32,000 nt of DNA from Nitrosomonas europaea (lineage in GTDB: Bacteria; Pseudomonadota; Gammaproteobacteria; Burkholderiales; Nitrosomonadaceae), in contig NZ_FUWK01000023.1 in the NCBI RefSeq assembly GCF_900167395.1, positions 1 to 32,000 on the forward strand. Direction: 5' to 3'. Every line of letters begins with the position of its first letter. Within the stretch, counting starts at the first letter, position 1. Shown here one piece after another: positions 7,933 to 21,494 of this stretch. A model generated the notes under the pieces. The model was given only the letters and a program-made list of their open reading frames with translations. It searched no databases and was not told where the DNA came from. The position numbers were made by a program, and so were the translations under genes.

Positions 7933-7982
7933 CGCCGCACTTTTTGTTGCGGCATTTCTTCTTGCTGTGCCCGTTGGAGTGA

Positions 7983-8360
7983 ATGTTCCCGATTAAAAGC
8001 AGGCCGTTAAAAATCATTATATTCTGGCAGCTGGCGTTTGCAATACTGGCTGCCGTTTTGTGTGGCCTGCTTTCAGGAGTGAATGCTGCAATTTCAGGAT
8101 TTCTCGGTGCAATCATCAGTGTGATTGCCGGGGCGGTATATGCGATTCTGGTATCGAGGCACAGCGGTTATTCAGCGAGTGGAACTTTGCGTACTGCTTT
8201 ACGTGCTGAAACTGTAAAGATATTCATAATCATAATGTCGCTTTGGGCCGTATTCGCGATATTCGAGGGTTTGCAGCCTGTCATGTTTATTGGTTCATTT
8301 GTCGTTGCTGTATTGATATCAAGCATGGCAGTGTTTGTGCCTGAAAAATTAAATAAATAA
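7983..8360 (+). CDS. atpI: ATP synthase protein I (AtpI)
   Basis: 125-aa small hydrophobic protein with several predicted TM segments, first gene of the atp operon. GGAG Shine-Dalgarno sequence upstream. Confidence 0.85.
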   Translation: MFPIKSRPLKIIIFWQLAFAILAAVLCGLLSGVNAAISGFLGAIISVIAGAVYAILVSRHSGYSASGTLRTALRAETVKIFIIIMSLWAVFAIFEGLQPVMFIGSFVVAVLISSMAVFVPEKLNK

Positions 8361-8394
8361 AATGCTCTGATCAAAAGTGTGTAAGGGTAAATAA

Positions 8395-9204
<810 letters not shown>

Positions 9205-9231
9205 TTAGTAAGATTTTTGTTATCAACTTGA

Positions 9232-9519
<288 letters not shown>

Positions 9520-9565
9520 GTAGTCTATTGAATTTGTTACCGAGGTGAATGAATAAAGGGTTGTT

Positions 9566-10039
9566 ATGAATATAAATTTCACATTGATCTCGCAAGCAAT
9601 AGCCTTTTCCCTGTTTATATTGTTCACCGCCAGGTTTGTATGGCCGTATCTGTTGCGTGCGATAGAGGAACGTCAGCAGAAAATAGCGGATGGTTTGGCG
9701 GCAGGTGAGCGTGGTAAAAAAGAGTTGGAGCTTGCCAGTCAGCGTTCATCGGAAGTGCTGAAGGAAGCTAAGCAACGTGCGAGTGAGATCGTTATTCAGG
9801 CGGAAAAAAGAGCTTCGGACATCATAGAGGAAGCCAAGCAAAATGCCCGGATTGAAGGGGAAAAAATCATAGCGGGAGCCAAGGCGGAAATTCAGCATGA
9901 AACCTTCAGTGCGCGTGAATCTTTGCGTCAGCAGGTAGCAGGGTTGGCGGTGCAAGGTGCATCAAAAATTCTTCGTCGGGAAGTGAATGCCAAGGTTCAT
10001 GCAGATTTGCTGGCATCAATAGAGGCAGAGTTAAAATAA
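9566..10039 (+). CDS. atpF: F0F1 ATP synthase subunit b
   Basis: A single N-terminal TM helix followed by a long charged helix; position in the operon. Confidence 0.95.
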   Translation: MNINFTLISQAIAFSLFILFTARFVWPYLLRAIEERQQKIADGLAAGERGKKELELASQRSSEVLKEAKQRASEIVIQAEKRASDIIEEAKQNARIEGEKIIAGAKAEIQHETFSARESLRQQVAGLAVQGASKILRREVNAKVHADLLASIEAELK

Positions 10040-10576
10040 ATGGCTGAAGCGATAACAATTGCACGACCATACGCAGAAGCAGTTTTCAAGCTTGCTAGGG
10101 AAAGTGGGTCTTTGTTTTCCTGGTCAGAGACGCTTGATGCTGTTAATTCAATCGTTCGGGAGTCTCAGATAAGAGAGCTGATCAGTAATCCACTGATTTC
10201 TTCAGTAAAGTTGCGTGAAATTATTTTCAGCGTGTGTGGTAAAAAACTGAATGAGGATGGCAAACGATTGGTATCGCTATTGATCGATAATCAACGATTG
10301 CTGGTAATGCCACAGATCCATGAGTTGTTTGAACAGCTTAAAGCGCAGCACGAAAGTATATTGGAGGCTGAAGTAGTGTCGGCATTCCCGCTTGATTCTG
10401 GCCAGTTGGAAAAGCTTGTTTCAATTCTTGAAGCAAAATTTCAGCGAAAAGTTAAAGCGGAAGTAAGTGTTGATAGCGAGCTCATTGGTGGTGTAAGAAT
10501 TAAAATTGGTGATCAGGTAGTCGATAGTTCTGTGCACGGAAAGCTGGAAGCCATGGCGACGGCGCTCAAAAGCTAG
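10040..10576 (+). CDS. atpH: F0F1 ATP synthase subunit delta (OSCP)
   Basis: TIARPYAEAVFKLA N-terminus and an IGGVRIKIGDQVVDSS C-terminal motif. The ATG directly abuts the atpF stop. Confidence 0.95.
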   Translation: MAEAITIARPYAEAVFKLARESGSLFSWSETLDAVNSIVRESQIRELISNPLISSVKLREIIFSVCGKKLNEDGKRLVSLLIDNQRLLVMPQIHELFEQLKAQHESILEAEVVSAFPLDSGQLEKLVSILEAKFQRKVKAEVSVDSELIGGVRIKIGDQVVDSSVHGKLEAMATALKS

Positions 10577-10588
10577 GAGTTATAAAAA

Positions 10589-12130
10589 ATGCAGTTAAAT
10601 CCATCAGAAATCAGTGAATTAATCAAAAGTAAAATTGAGGGCCTTTCCGTTACATCGGAATTTCGTACGCAGGGAACCATTGTATCACTGACAGATGGTA
10701 TCGTTCGTGTGCATGGTCTTTCCGACGTAATGCAGGGTGAAATGCTGGAATTTCCGGGTGGGACATTTGGCTTGGCACTCAATCTGGAGCGTGATTCGGT
10801 CGGTGCGGTTATCTTGGGTGCGTACGAGCATCTGAAAGAAGGAGATATCGTTAAATGTACCAGTAGAATTCTCGAAGTTCCGGTAGGTGAGGCATTATTA
10901 GGTCGTGTCGTCAATGCTTTGGGGCAGCCAATAGATGGAAAAGGACCCATTGCTGCAGAGGGAACAGAGCCGATAGAAAAGATAGCTCCTGGTGTCGTAT
11001 GGCGTAAATCGGTAGATCAGCCGGTGCAGACAGGGTTGAAATCAATTGATTCAATGGTTCCAGTCGGAAGAGGGCAGCGCGAACTGATCATTGGAGATCG
11101 TCAAACTGGTAAGACGGCAGTGGCAATCGATGCAATCATCAACCAGAAGGGTGAGGATGTAATCTGTATCTATGTGGCAATCGGTCAGAAAGCATCATCG
11201 ATTGCAAACGTCGTACGGAAGCTTGAAGAAGTTGGTGCCATGGCATATACGATTGTCGTGGTTGCTTCTGCTTCTGAATCAGCGGCTATGCAGTATATCG
11301 CACCCTATTCCGGTTGTACCATGGGTGAATATTTTCGTGATAAAGGGCAGGATGCACTCATTGTTTATGATGATTTGACCAAGCAGGCATGGGCTTATCG
11401 TCAGATTTCTCTGCTGTTGCGTCGTCCACCGGGTCGTGAAGCTTATCCGGGGGATGTCTTTTATCTTCACTCCCGTTTGCTGGAAAGAGCGGCAAGAGTC
11501 AATGCTGATTATGTTGAAAAAGCCACTGGTGGAAAGGTAAAAGGAAAAACCGGGTCGCTGACGGCTTTACCTATCATTGAAACACAGGCAGGTGACGTAA
11601 CGGCATTCGTGCCGACTAATGTTATTTCAATTACGGATGGGCAGATATTCCTGGAATCTGATTTATTTAACGCAGGGATACGCCCGGCAATCAATGCTGG
11701 TATTTCTGTATCCCGGGTGGGCGGCGCCGCACAAACCAAGGTGATTAAAAAATTGGGTGGCGGGATTCGTTTGGCGCTGGCTCAATATCGTGAACTTGCT
11801 GCTTTCGCACAATTTGCTTCTGATCTCGATGAAGCCACACGCAAGCAGCTGGAGCGTGGAAAAATGGCTACGGAGTTAATGAAACAAAGCCAGTACGCGA
11901 CGTTGAAAGTTTCAGAGATGGCGTTGACGCTGTTTGCCTTAAACAAGGGTTACTTTGATGATGTTGATATAAAGCGTGCACTTGCTTTTGAGTCGGCATT
12001 GAAAAGTCATATTCGCAGTCATCATGGTGCAATACTGGATAAGATTGAAGCCAGCAAAGAACTTGATGCAGAAACAGAAAAAGCGTTAGAAGCAGCCATT
12101 CAGGAATTCAAGCAAAACGGAACATATTAA
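10589..12130 (+). CDS. atpA: F0F1 ATP synthase subunit alpha
   Basis: P-loop GDRQTGKT; 513 aa. Confidence 0.98.
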   Translation: MQLNPSEISELIKSKIEGLSVTSEFRTQGTIVSLTDGIVRVHGLSDVMQGEMLEFPGGTFGLALNLERDSVGAVILGAYEHLKEGDIVKCTSRILEVPVGEALLGRVVNALGQPIDGKGPIAAEGTEPIEKIAPGVVWRKSVDQPVQTGLKSIDSMVPVGRGQRELIIGDRQTGKTAVAIDAIINQKGEDVICIYVAIGQKASSIANVVRKLEEVGAMAYTIVVVASASESAAMQYIAPYSGCTMGEYFRDKGQDALIVYDDLTKQAWAYRQISLLLRRPPGREAYPGDVFYLHSRLLERAARVNADYVEKATGGKVKGKTGSLTALPIIETQAGDVTAFVPTNVISITDGQIFLESDLFNAGIRPAINAGISVSRVGGAAQTKVIKKLGGGIRLALAQYRELAAFAQFASDLDEATRKQLERGKMATELMKQSQYATLKVSEMALTLFALNKGYFDDVDIKRALAFESALKSHIRSHHGAILDKIEASKELDAETEKALEAAIQEFKQNGTY

Positions 12131-12133
12131 CCA

Positions 12134-13018
12134 ATGCCCAGCAGCAGAGAGATACGCAATAAAATCAAAAGCGTTAAAAATACGCAAAAGATTACACGTG
12201 CCATGGAAATGGTTGCCGCTTCCAAAATGAGGAAGGCGCAGGATCGTATGAAGAAAGCGCGTCCTTATGGCGAGAAGATACGCAACGTGGCTGCACATAT
12301 GAGTAATGCCAGTGTTGAGTATCGCCATCCTTTTCTGATAAGTCGTGACTCTGTTAAAAGAGTGGGAATCATTGTTGTAACTTCAGATAAAGGTTTGTGT
12401 GGCGGGTTGAACACGAATGTGCTGCGTAGAGCACTCAATGAAATTCGAACGTGGGAAACCGAAGGTAATCATGTAGATGCTTGCTGCATAGGTAACAAGG
12501 GTTTGGGGTTCATGAGCCGCCTTGGTACTCAGGTAATCTCACAAGTAACCGGGTTGGGTGATGCACCTAATATGGAAAGGTTGATTGGTGCAGTCAAGGT
12601 AGTCTTGGATGCATATACAGAAGGCCAGTTGGATAGGGTATATATTTTCTATAACCGCTTTATTAATACAATGAAGCAGATGCCGGTTATGGAGCAGCTT
12701 CTTCCCTTGACTGATGATCGTATCAGTAGTGAGGATGGCGAAGCCAGACCTACCCGTGCACCGTGGGATTATATTTATGAACCTGAGGCAAAACCGGTTA
12801 TCGACGATATCATGGTCAGGTATATAGAGGCGCTCGTATACCAGGCAGTTGCTGAGAACATGGCTTCAGAACAATCGGCAAGGATGGTTGCAATGAAAGC
12901 GGCATCTGATAATGCAGGTAACCTGATTGATGAGCTGACGCTCATTTATAACAAGTCTCGTCAGGCAGCCATTACCAAGGAATTGTCAGAAATCGTGGGC
13001 GGTGCTGCTGCTGTTTAA
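12134..13018 (+). CDS. atpG: F0F1 ATP synthase subunit gamma
   Basis: [32 protein letters not shown]-terminus and an [15 protein letters not shown]-terminus. Confidence 0.97.
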   Translation: MPSSREIRNKIKSVKNTQKITRAMEMVAASKMRKAQDRMKKARPYGEKIRNVAAHMSNASVEYRHPFLISRDSVKRVGIIVVTSDKGLCGGLNTNVLRRALNEIRTWETEGNHVDACCIGNKGLGFMSRLGTQVISQVTGLGDAPNMERLIGAVKVVLDAYTEGQLDRVYIFYNRFINTMKQMPVMEQLLPLTDDRISSEDGEARPTRAPWDYIYEPEAKPVIDDIMVRYIEALVYQAVAENMASEQSARMVAMKAASDNAGNLIDELTLIYNKSRQAAITKELSEIVGGAAAV

Positions 13019-13039
13019 GTATTATAAATTCGTATTTAG

Positions 13040-14431
<1,392 letters not shown>

Positions 14432-14459
14432 ATACATAAAATTAACTGACAGATAATTG

Positions 14460-14882
14460 ATGGGTACGATATTTCACTTGGATATAGTGAGTGCAGAGGA
14501 ATCGATTTATTCCGGTCCTGCAGAGTTTATTGTTGCTCCGGCAGTGATGGGTGAGGTAGGGATTTTTCCTCAACATACACCTATGCTGACTCGTATCAAG
14601 TCCGGTGTGGTCCGGGTGAAAGCACCGCTTCAGGATGATGAAGAAGTTTATGTTTCAGGCGGGATGCTTGAAGTACAGCCAGATGTTGTGACGATTCTGG
14701 CAGACACTGCAGTGCGTGGAAAAGATCTGGATGAAGCCAAGGCTTTAGAAGCCAAACGGAAAGCGGAGGAGATCATGAAAAACAAAATTTCTGAAATCGA
14801 GTACGCACGTGCACAAGCTGAGCTGATTGAAGCTACAGCACAGTTGGCTGCCATTCAGAAGTTGAGAAAAAGAGGTCACTGA
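14460..14882 (+). CDS. atpC: F0F1 ATP synthase subunit epsilon
   Basis: [14 protein letters not shown]-terminal beta-domain plus a helical C-terminus. ATG at 14460; the track start at 14457 is TTG. Confidence 0.95.
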   Translation: MGTIFHLDIVSAEESIYSGPAEFIVAPAVMGEVGIFPQHTPMLTRIKSGVVRVKAPLQDDEEVYVSGGMLEVQPDVVTILADTAVRGKDLDEAKALEAKRKAEEIMKNKISEIEYARAQAELIEATAQLAAIQKLRKRGH

Positions 14883-14916
14883 TTTCTCTGACTGTTCTGT
14901 AATGGTGGGTTTAGTT

Positions 14917-14948
14917 AAAAAGGGCGACTATTGGTCGCCCTTTTTTTA
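14917..14948 (+). terminator. Rho-independent terminator of the atp operon
   Basis: AAAAA-GGGCGAC-TATTG-GTCGCCC-TTTTTTT: a GC-rich 7-bp stem flanked by an A-run and a 7-T run, about 35 nt after the atpC stop. Confidence 0.88.
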
Positions 14949-15127
14949 TAAGATTAAAATATTTTTCTATCCAACCTGGTTATTTTAACCATTTCCTTTT
15001 ATACATTAAGACCATGTATGTGTTTTCAGTGGTCATTGTGTAAAAGAAATAGCGAGTTTGCGGTTCGCAGATAGAACGTTTATTTGCGTAGTGGCAAATG
15101 AAGTAATCCAAAAGAGGGTTAAAACTC

Positions 15128-16504
15128 GTGTTACAAGTTGATGTCGTGATATTGGCGGCTGGAATGGGTAAGAGAATGTGCTCGTCTTTACCCAAGGTAT
15201 TACATCCTCTGGCAGGAAAACCAATTTTATCGCATGTTCTGGATATTGCTCGTACGTTGTCGCCGGAAAGAATATGCGTGGTATTTGGGTATGGGGGTGA
15301 GCTGGTTCGCCAAGTTATCGGCGATCATTCTGATCTTATCTGGGTAAAACAGGCTCAGCAACTTGGGACTGGGCATGCTGTAAAACAGGCGTTACCTTAT
15401 CTTGGTAATAAAGGTGTAACGCTGGTTTTATTTGGTGACGTGCCACTGGTAAAGAGTGATACGCTCAAGGCTTTGATTGAGAAGGCGCGTGAAGATAATC
15501 TTGTCCTGTTGACAGTCGAATTGGACAATCCGACCGGCTACGGACGGATCGTGCGTGATCCTGTAACAAATCGCATTCAGGCAATTGTAGAAGAAAAAGA
15601 TGCCTCTCAATCACAGAAGAAAATCCGAGAAATCAATACCGGTATTATGGTTCTCCCGAATGGCCGTTTAGGTAATTGGCTCGATAATCTGAGTGATGCC
15701 AATACCCAGGGTGAGTATTACCTTACTGATATCATTGCCATGGCTGTGGATGCCGGCATTCCGATCGAAACTTCCAGTCCTGCATCTGATTGGGAAGTAT
15801 CCGGTGTGAACGACAAGATTCAATTGTCTATCCTGGAGCGTGCTCATCAACAGGATACTGCCAACAGGCTTATGGAGCAGGGGGTGATGTTTGCTGATCC
15901 GGCACGCTTCGATGTACGTGGCCGACTCGTTTGTGGAAATGATGTTGAAATAGATATTAACTGCATATTTGAGGGTAACGTTCGTTTGGGTAATAACGTC
16001 AAGATCCATGCAAATTGCATACTCCGGAATGTGATTGTCTCAGATGGATCAGTCGTTCATCCATTTAGCCTGATAGAGGATGCAGAAGTAGGTAAAAATT
16101 GCCGTATTGGTCCATACGCCCGTATCCGGCCAGGGACACAGCTCGATGATGCCGTTCATGTCGGGAATTTTGTGGAGATCAAAAATAGCCATATTGCATC
16201 GGAGAGCAAGGTCAATCATCTCAGTTATGTAGGTGATACTGAAATGGGCAGGCGGGTCAATATTGGTGCCGGTGCAATCACGTGTAATTATGACGGAGCA
16301 TTTAAACACCGGACCGTTATCGAGGATGATGTATTCATTGGTTCTGATACACAGCTGGTTGCTCCGGTAACGGTGGCGAGAGGATCGACGATTGGGGCCG
16401 GTTCGACGATTACGCGCGATACGCCTGAAGGTCAGCTTACATTATCTCGGACCAAACAAACGAGTATCGCTAACTGGAAACGGCCGAGGAAAGACAGGAA
16501 TTGA
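15128..16504 (+). CDS. glmU: Bifunctional UDP-N-acetylglucosamine diphosphorylase / glucosamine-1-phosphate N-acetyltransferase
   Basis: VVILAAGMGKRM nucleotidyltransferase loop and C-terminal left-handed beta-helix hexapeptide repeats. GTG start preceded by AGAGGG. Confidence 0.96.
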   Translation: MLQVDVVILAAGMGKRMCSSLPKVLHPLAGKPILSHVLDIARTLSPERICVVFGYGGELVRQVIGDHSDLIWVKQAQQLGTGHAVKQALPYLGNKGVTLVLFGDVPLVKSDTLKALIEKAREDNLVLLTVELDNPTGYGRIVRDPVTNRIQAIVEEKDASQSQKKIREINTGIMVLPNGRLGNWLDNLSDANTQGEYYLTDIIAMAVDAGIPIETSSPASDWEVSGVNDKIQLSILERAHQQDTANRLMEQGVMFADPARFDVRGRLVCGNDVEIDINCIFEGNVRLGNNVKIHANCILRNVIVSDGSVVHPFSLIEDAEVGKNCRIGPYARIRPGTQLDDAVHVGNFVEIKNSHIASESKVNHLSYVGDTEMGRRVNIGAGAITCNYDGAFKHRTVIEDDVFIGSDTQLVAPVTVARGSTIGAGSTITRDTPEGQLTLSRTKQTSIANWKRPRKDRN

Positions 16505-16541
16505 GGTTGTTTGAATAACAGGATTGAGTAGGGGTCTGGCT

Positions 16542-18389
16542 ATGTGCGGTATTGTGGGTGCGATTGCAAAAAACGATGTTGTACCTTTTTTACTGGAAGG
16601 ATTATCCAGACTTGAGTATCGTGGCTATGATTCAGCTGGAATCGTGGTGGCGGATGGCATGTTGCACAGACTACGGACAACAGGCCGTGTTTCTGAACTG
16701 AGCAAACTGGTCGATAGCGGAAAAACATCGGGACTTACTGGTATTGCACATACTCGCTGGGCGACACATGGCGTACCTTCTGAACGTAATGCTCACCCTC
16801 ATTTCTCAGGTGATCAAAAAAAGATTGCTGTTGTACATAACGGCATTATCGAAAATCACGAAACTCTTCGGCAACGTTTACAACAGGATGGATTTGAGTT
16901 TCTGTCGGATACCGATACCGAAGTGATTGCTCACCTGATTTCATCTTACCTCTGTAAGACCAACGATTTACTGGAAGCAGTCTGCCGTTCCCTTGATGAG
17001 TTGCAAGGCGCATATGCGATAGCTGTGATGGAGGAATCGCGCCAGGATCGTATTATCGTAGCCAGAAATGGAGCCCCGCTCTTACTTGGGATAGATGATG
17101 ATGGGATTTACGCGGCTTCTGATGCCTCTGCACTGGTGCAGGTTACGCAGAGAATCGTGTATCTTGAGGAAGGAGATGTGGCAGAGCTGTCCAGTGATGG
17201 ATATCGGATTCTGAATTGCCTGGATTCGGTAAATGGCTATGAAGTCACTCGCAAAATAACTGAAAGCAGCCTGACGCGTGATGCAGTAGAACTAGGGCCC
17301 TATTCACATTTCATGCAGAAGGAAATCTTTGAGCAACCTGTTGCTGTGGCGAATACCCTGGAAATGGTGTTGAATGCTCAATCGGTATCTCCTCAATTAT
17401 TTGGCAGTGAAGCACAAAGCATTCTTGCACAGACTCAGGGAGTGCTGATACTTGCTTGCGGGACAAGCTATCATGCCGGTCTGGTTGCGAAATACTGGCT
17501 GGAAACGATTGCAAGACTTCCTTGTAATGTCGAGATTGCCAGTGAATACCGTTATCGTGATCCAATTGCCGATCCGACCACATTGGTCGTCGGTATTTCC
17601 CAATCCGGCGAAACTGCAGATACTCTGGCTGCACTCAGTTATGCCAAATCATTAGGACATCGCTACAGTCTGGCGATTTGCAACGTGCCGGAAAGTGCTC
17701 TGATCAGACAAACGGATCTGCGCTTTTTGACTCGCGCCGGCCCTGAAATTGGAGTTGCCTCCACAAAAGCGTTTACTACACAGTTGGCGGCTTTGCTGTT
17801 GTTTACAGCAGTGCTTACAAAGATACGCGATCAGTTGTCAACTGGAGACGAACAAAAAATGATTGCCGCACTGCGGCATTTACCGGTTGCAATACAACAT
17901 GCGCTGCAATGTGAACCGGAAATCAGAAAATGGGCCGGGGATTTTTCCCAGAAGCACCATGCTTTGTTTCTGGGGCGCGGTGTACATTACCCGATCGCAC
18001 TGGAAGGTGCGCTGAAGCTCAAGGAGATTTCATACATCCATGCCGAGGCTTATGCGGCGGGTGAACTCAAGCATGGTCCTCTCGCACTGGTAGATAGTGG
18101 AATGCCGGTAGTTGCCATAGCGCCGAATGATGCACTGCTGGAGAAGCTGAAATCCAATCTGCACGAGGTGCGTGCGCGAGGCGGGGAATTGTATGTCTTC
18201 GCCGATGCGGATTCACGTATCGAGGAGAGCGAGGGAGTTCATATTATCAGGCTGGCTGAACACAGTGGTGTACTCAGTCCCATCTTGCATACCATACCAT
18301 TACAGTTACTGGCTTATCATGTGGCTCTACAGAAAGGCACTGATGTCGATAAACCCCGAAATCTTGCCAAATCAGTTACTGTTGAATAA
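16542..18389 (+). CDS. glmS: Glutamine--fructose-6-phosphate aminotransferase
   Basis: The N-terminus must be MCGIVG (Ntn catalytic Cys), so the start is ATG 16542 rather than the track TTG at 16524. Two SIS domains; C-terminus AKSVTVE. Confidence 0.97.
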   Translation: MCGIVGAIAKNDVVPFLLEGLSRLEYRGYDSAGIVVADGMLHRLRTTGRVSELSKLVDSGKTSGLTGIAHTRWATHGVPSERNAHPHFSGDQKKIAVVHNGIIENHETLRQRLQQDGFEFLSDTDTEVIAHLISSYLCKTNDLLEAVCRSLDELQGAYAIAVMEESRQDRIIVARNGAPLLLGIDDDGIYAASDASALVQVTQRIVYLEEGDVAELSSDGYRILNCLDSVNGYEVTRKITESSLTRDAVELGPYSHFMQKEIFEQPVAVANTLEMVLNAQSVSPQLFGSEAQSILAQTQGVLILACGTSYHAGLVAKYWLETIARLPCNVEIASEYRYRDPIADPTTLVVGISQSGETADTLAALSYAKSLGHRYSLAICNVPESALIRQTDLRFLTRAGPEIGVASTKAFTTQLAALLLFTAVLTKIRDQLSTGDEQKMIAALRHLPVAIQHALQCEPEIRKWAGDFSQKHHALFLGRGVHYPIALEGALKLKEISYIHAEAYAAGELKHGPLALVDSGMPVVAIAPNDALLEKLKSNLHEVRARGGELYVFADADSRIEESEGVHIIRLAEHSGVLSPILHTIPLQLLAYHVALQKGTDVDKPRNLAKSVTVE

Positions 18390-18524
18390 TTGGTCAAACT
18401 GATTATTGCGAAGGTACTGAAGCGAAGTTGCGGATGATCAGCACCGGGAGCTTCAGTCCCTTATGCTTTATACAATACTACAGGAGTGGTAGCATTATCT
18501 ACTTTCAATGGTTGAAGGAAGTCA

Positions 18525-19250
18525 ATGGCTGGTCATAGTAAATGGGCTAACATCAAGCATAAAAAGGCCGCGCAGGATGCCAAGCGCGGGAAGATTTTTA
18601 CCCGTCTGATCAAGGAAATTACGGTAGCTGCCCGCTTGGGTGGCGGAGATCCAAACAGTAACCCCCGGTTGAGATTAGCGATGGATAAGGCTTTCGGACA
18701 TAACATGCCGAAAGATAACGTCGAGCGTGCGATCAAGCGTGGTTGTGGCGAGCTTGAAGGGGTCAACTATGAGGAAATTCGTTACGAGGGTTACGGAATA
18801 TCCGGGGCAGCGGTGATGGTCGATTGCATGACGGACAACCGTACGCGAACGGTCGCCGCAGTTCGCCATGCTTTCACCAAACATGGTGGCAACCTGGGAA
18901 CCGATGGTTCGGTAGCATATTTGTTCAAACATTGTGGCCAGTTGTTGTTCGCCCCTGGAGTTGGTGAAGCGCAGCTTCTGGAAGCTGCGCTCGAAGCAGG
19001 CGCGGAAGATGTCATCAGTAACGATGATGGCAGTCTGGAGGTGATTACTGGTCCTGATACGTTCGTGTCAGTCAGAGATACACTGGAAAAAGCTGGCTTC
19101 AAGGCTGAACTGGCAGAGGTAACCTGGAAACCCGAAAACGAAGTCTTGCTGCAGGGAGATGATGCGGTCAAGATGCAGAAACTGCTGGATGCCCTGGAAG
19201 ATATCGACGATGTGCAGGATGTTTATACTTCGGCAGTCCTGGATACTTGA
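18525..19250 (+). CDS. yebC: YebC/PmpR family DNA-binding transcriptional regulator
   Basis: [15 protein letters not shown]-terminus; 241 aa; conserved position upstream of ruvC. Confidence 0.95.
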
Positions 19251-19792
19251 CCTCGTTGGTATATGCCGCTAAAGGTATTCGCATACTGGGAATCGATCCT
19301 GGTTTGCGTATAACGGGTTTTGGCATTGTTGAGAAAATCGGGAATCGGCTGGTTTATATTGGCAGCGGCTGTGTAGTGACTGGAGAATCCGGTTTGCCGG
19401 ATCGTTTGAAGACCATTCTCGATGGATTGAATGAAATCATTCTGCAGCATAAACCGGAGCAGGTTGCGGTAGAACAGGTTTTCGTCAATATCAATCCCAA
19501 ATCAACCCTGTTGCTTGGCCAGGCACGCGGTGCTGCGATCAGTGCAGCGGTTCTTCATGAACTTTCCGTGTATGAATATACTGCCTTGCAAGTCAAACAG
19601 GCTGTGGTGGGGAATGGTCATGCCCGTAAAGAACAGGTGCAGGAAATGGTGATGCGGTTGCTGGGGCTGGGAGAACGACCGCGACCGGATGCAGCCGATG
19701 CACTGGCATGTGCCATTTGTCATGCTCACGGCGGAACCGGCCTGTTGACCCTGAGTGCCCGCAATCGCTCTAAACGGAGCAAGCGGCTGTGA
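19247..19792 (+). CDS. ruvC: Crossover junction endodeoxyribonuclease RuvC
   Basis: [16 protein letters not shown] catalytic N-terminus. The only in-frame start candidates are TTG 19247 (overlapping the yebC stop as TTGA) and TTG 19256. Confidence 0.9.
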
Positions 19793-20376
19793 TCGGGAGA
19801 ATTGCCGGCCTGCTGCTGGAGAAACATCCCCCGCTTGTACTAGTGGATGTAAATGGCATTGGTTATGAAATCGATGTGCCGATGAGCACCTTCTGCAGGT
19901 TGCCCGGTATTGGCGAACAGGTAACGCTTCACACCCATTTCTGGGTGCGTGAGGATGCACATTTGTTGTTTGGTTTTATGACGGAGCCAGAACGGGTACT
20001 GTTTCGTCAGCTTACAAAAATCTCCGGTATTGGTGCAAGAACAGGTTTGGCGATCTTATCTGGTTTGAGTGTCAATGACTTGCATCAGATCGTGGTATCA
20101 CAGGACAGCACCCGTCTGACCAGAATCCCGGGTATCGGAAAAAAAACTGCGGAGCGTTTGCTGCTTGAGTTGCGCGATAAAATCAGCCCGGCGATAACCC
20201 TGCCTGAAACTGGAACAGCGATGGCCTCAAGTACCGATAAAGACATTCTCAACGCGCTATCTGCACTGGGCTATAATGACCGCGAAGCCAACTGGGCAGT
20301 TGGACAGCTATCAGAAGGTGTGACGGTATCTGACGGCATCATGCAGTCACTCAGGCTTTTATCGAAAGCAAAATAA
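19789..20376 (+). CDS. ruvA: Holliday junction branch migration complex subunit RuvA
   Basis: [10 protein letters not shown]-terminus and the HhH motif [12 protein letters not shown]. The GTG start overlaps the ruvC stop (GTGA). Confidence 0.95.
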
Positions 20377-20394
20377 TATCTTGGCTGGTTCTAA

Positions 20395-21435
20395 ATGATT
20401 GAATCGGATCGAATCATTACTGCCTCCCCATTTTCTTCCCAGGAAGAAGTCATAGAGCGTGCACTTCGCCCAGTTCAACTGGATGACTATGTTGGTCAGG
20501 AGAAAATTCGCGAGCAGTTGAAAATTTTCATTGAGGCGGCCAGGTTAAGGCAGGAAGCGCTGGATCACGTGCTGCTGTTTGGCCCGCCAGGGTTGGGTAA
20601 AACGACACTTGCCCATATTATCGCTCGCGAAATGGGTGTGAACTTGCGCCAGACTTCCGGGCCGGTGCTGGAACGTGCAGGTGATCTGGCCGCTTTGCTG
20701 ACCAATCTGGAAACTAATGATGTCTTGTTTATCGATGAGATTCACAGGCTTTCGCCCGTTGTCGAGGAAATTTTGTATCCGGCAATGGAGGATTATCAGC
20801 TCGATATCATGATTGGCGAAGGGGCGGCGGCAAGATCGGTCAAGATTGATCTGCCGAGTTTCACCCTGGTGGGAGCTACTACACGCGCAGGCATGTTGAC
20901 CAATCCGCTGAGAGATCGCTTTGGGATCGTTTCCCGCCTGGAGTTTTATACCGCCGATGAGCTTGGCAAGATCGTTACCCGTTCTGCCGGGCTACTCAAT
21001 GTCGATGTGACTGCTGACGGTGCCAGAGAAATTGCATGCAGATCGCGAGGGACGCCGCGTATAGCCAATCGTTTGCTGCGCAGAGTACGTGATTTTGCTG
21101 AAGTCCGGGCAAACGGGCGTATCGATCGTCCGGTGGCCGATGCTGCATTGCAAATGCTGGACGTTGATGCCACTGGTCTGGATGTTCTGGACAGAAAGCT
21201 GTTGCTGGCAGTACTGGAAAAATTTGGTGGTGGGCCGGTGGGTGTGGATAATCTTGCTGCAGCCATCAATGAGGAGCGTGACACAATCGAGGAGGTACTG
21301 GAACCGTACCTCATTCAGCAGGGATTCCTGCAACGCACTCCTCGCGGTCGCATGGCAACGACTATGGCCTATCAGCATTTCGATATCATCCCTTCACACC
21401 AAACTACAGTGCCGAGTCTGTTTGACCCGGATTAA
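20395..21435 (+). CDS. ruvB: Holliday junction DNA helicase RuvB
   Basis: Walker [10 protein letters not shown] and Walker [11 protein letters not shown]; 346 aa. Confidence 0.98.
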   Translation: MIESDRIITASPFSSQEEVIERALRPVQLDDYVGQEKIREQLKIFIEAARLRQEALDHVLLFGPPGLGKTTLAHIIAREMGVNLRQTSGPVLERAGDLAALLTNLETNDVLFIDEIHRLSPVVEEILYPAMEDYQLDIMIGEGAAARSVKIDLPSFTLVGATTRAGMLTNPLRDRFGIVSRLEFYTADELGKIVTRSAGLLNVDVTADGAREIACRSRGTPRIANRLLRRVRDFAEVRANGRIDRPVADAALQMLDVDATGLDVLDRKLLLAVLEKFGGGPVGVDNLAAAINEERDTIEEVLEPYLIQQGFLQRTPRGRMATTMAYQHFDIIPSHQTTVPSLFDPD

Positions 21436-21494
21436 AAGCCGGTAACATCCGTAAACCAAAATTCAATATTTTTCTGAAGAGTATTTTTATAGAA

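Noticed and set aside
7934-7942. GCCGCACTT, whose reverse complement AAGTGCGGC resembles a Pasteurellaceae-type DNA uptake sequence
   Set aside because: It is a single imperfect copy, and I saw no further copies in 32 kb. Uptake sequences occur at high density, so this is treated as coincidence.
7646-8116. 156-aa minus-strand ORF spanning the rpsF/atpI spacer
   Set aside because: It overlaps the 5' end of the clearly recognisable atpI on the opposite strand. It has no recognisable domain or Shine-Dalgarno sequence, and its composition is Cys/His/Ser-rich and odd. Most likely a chance ORF in AT-rich DNA.
16505-16541. Possible glmS ribozyme upstream of glmS
   Set aside because: The glmU-glmS spacer is only 37 nt, far too short for the ribozyme. 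The ribozyme is also characteristic of Gram-positive bacteria.
18416-18457. 8-bp inverted repeat ACTGAAGC / GCTTCAGT after glmS as a terminator
   Set aside because: The loop is 26 nt and no T-run follows. This is too weak to call a terminator with confidence.
18791-21378. Long antisense ORFs opposite yebC, ruvC/ruvA and ruvB (126, 152, 122 and 128 aa)
   Set aside because: The sense-strand genes are unambiguous. The antisense frames are Ser/Arg/Pro/Ala-rich products, typical of the complement of GC3-biased genes. None has a start context or a recognisable motif.
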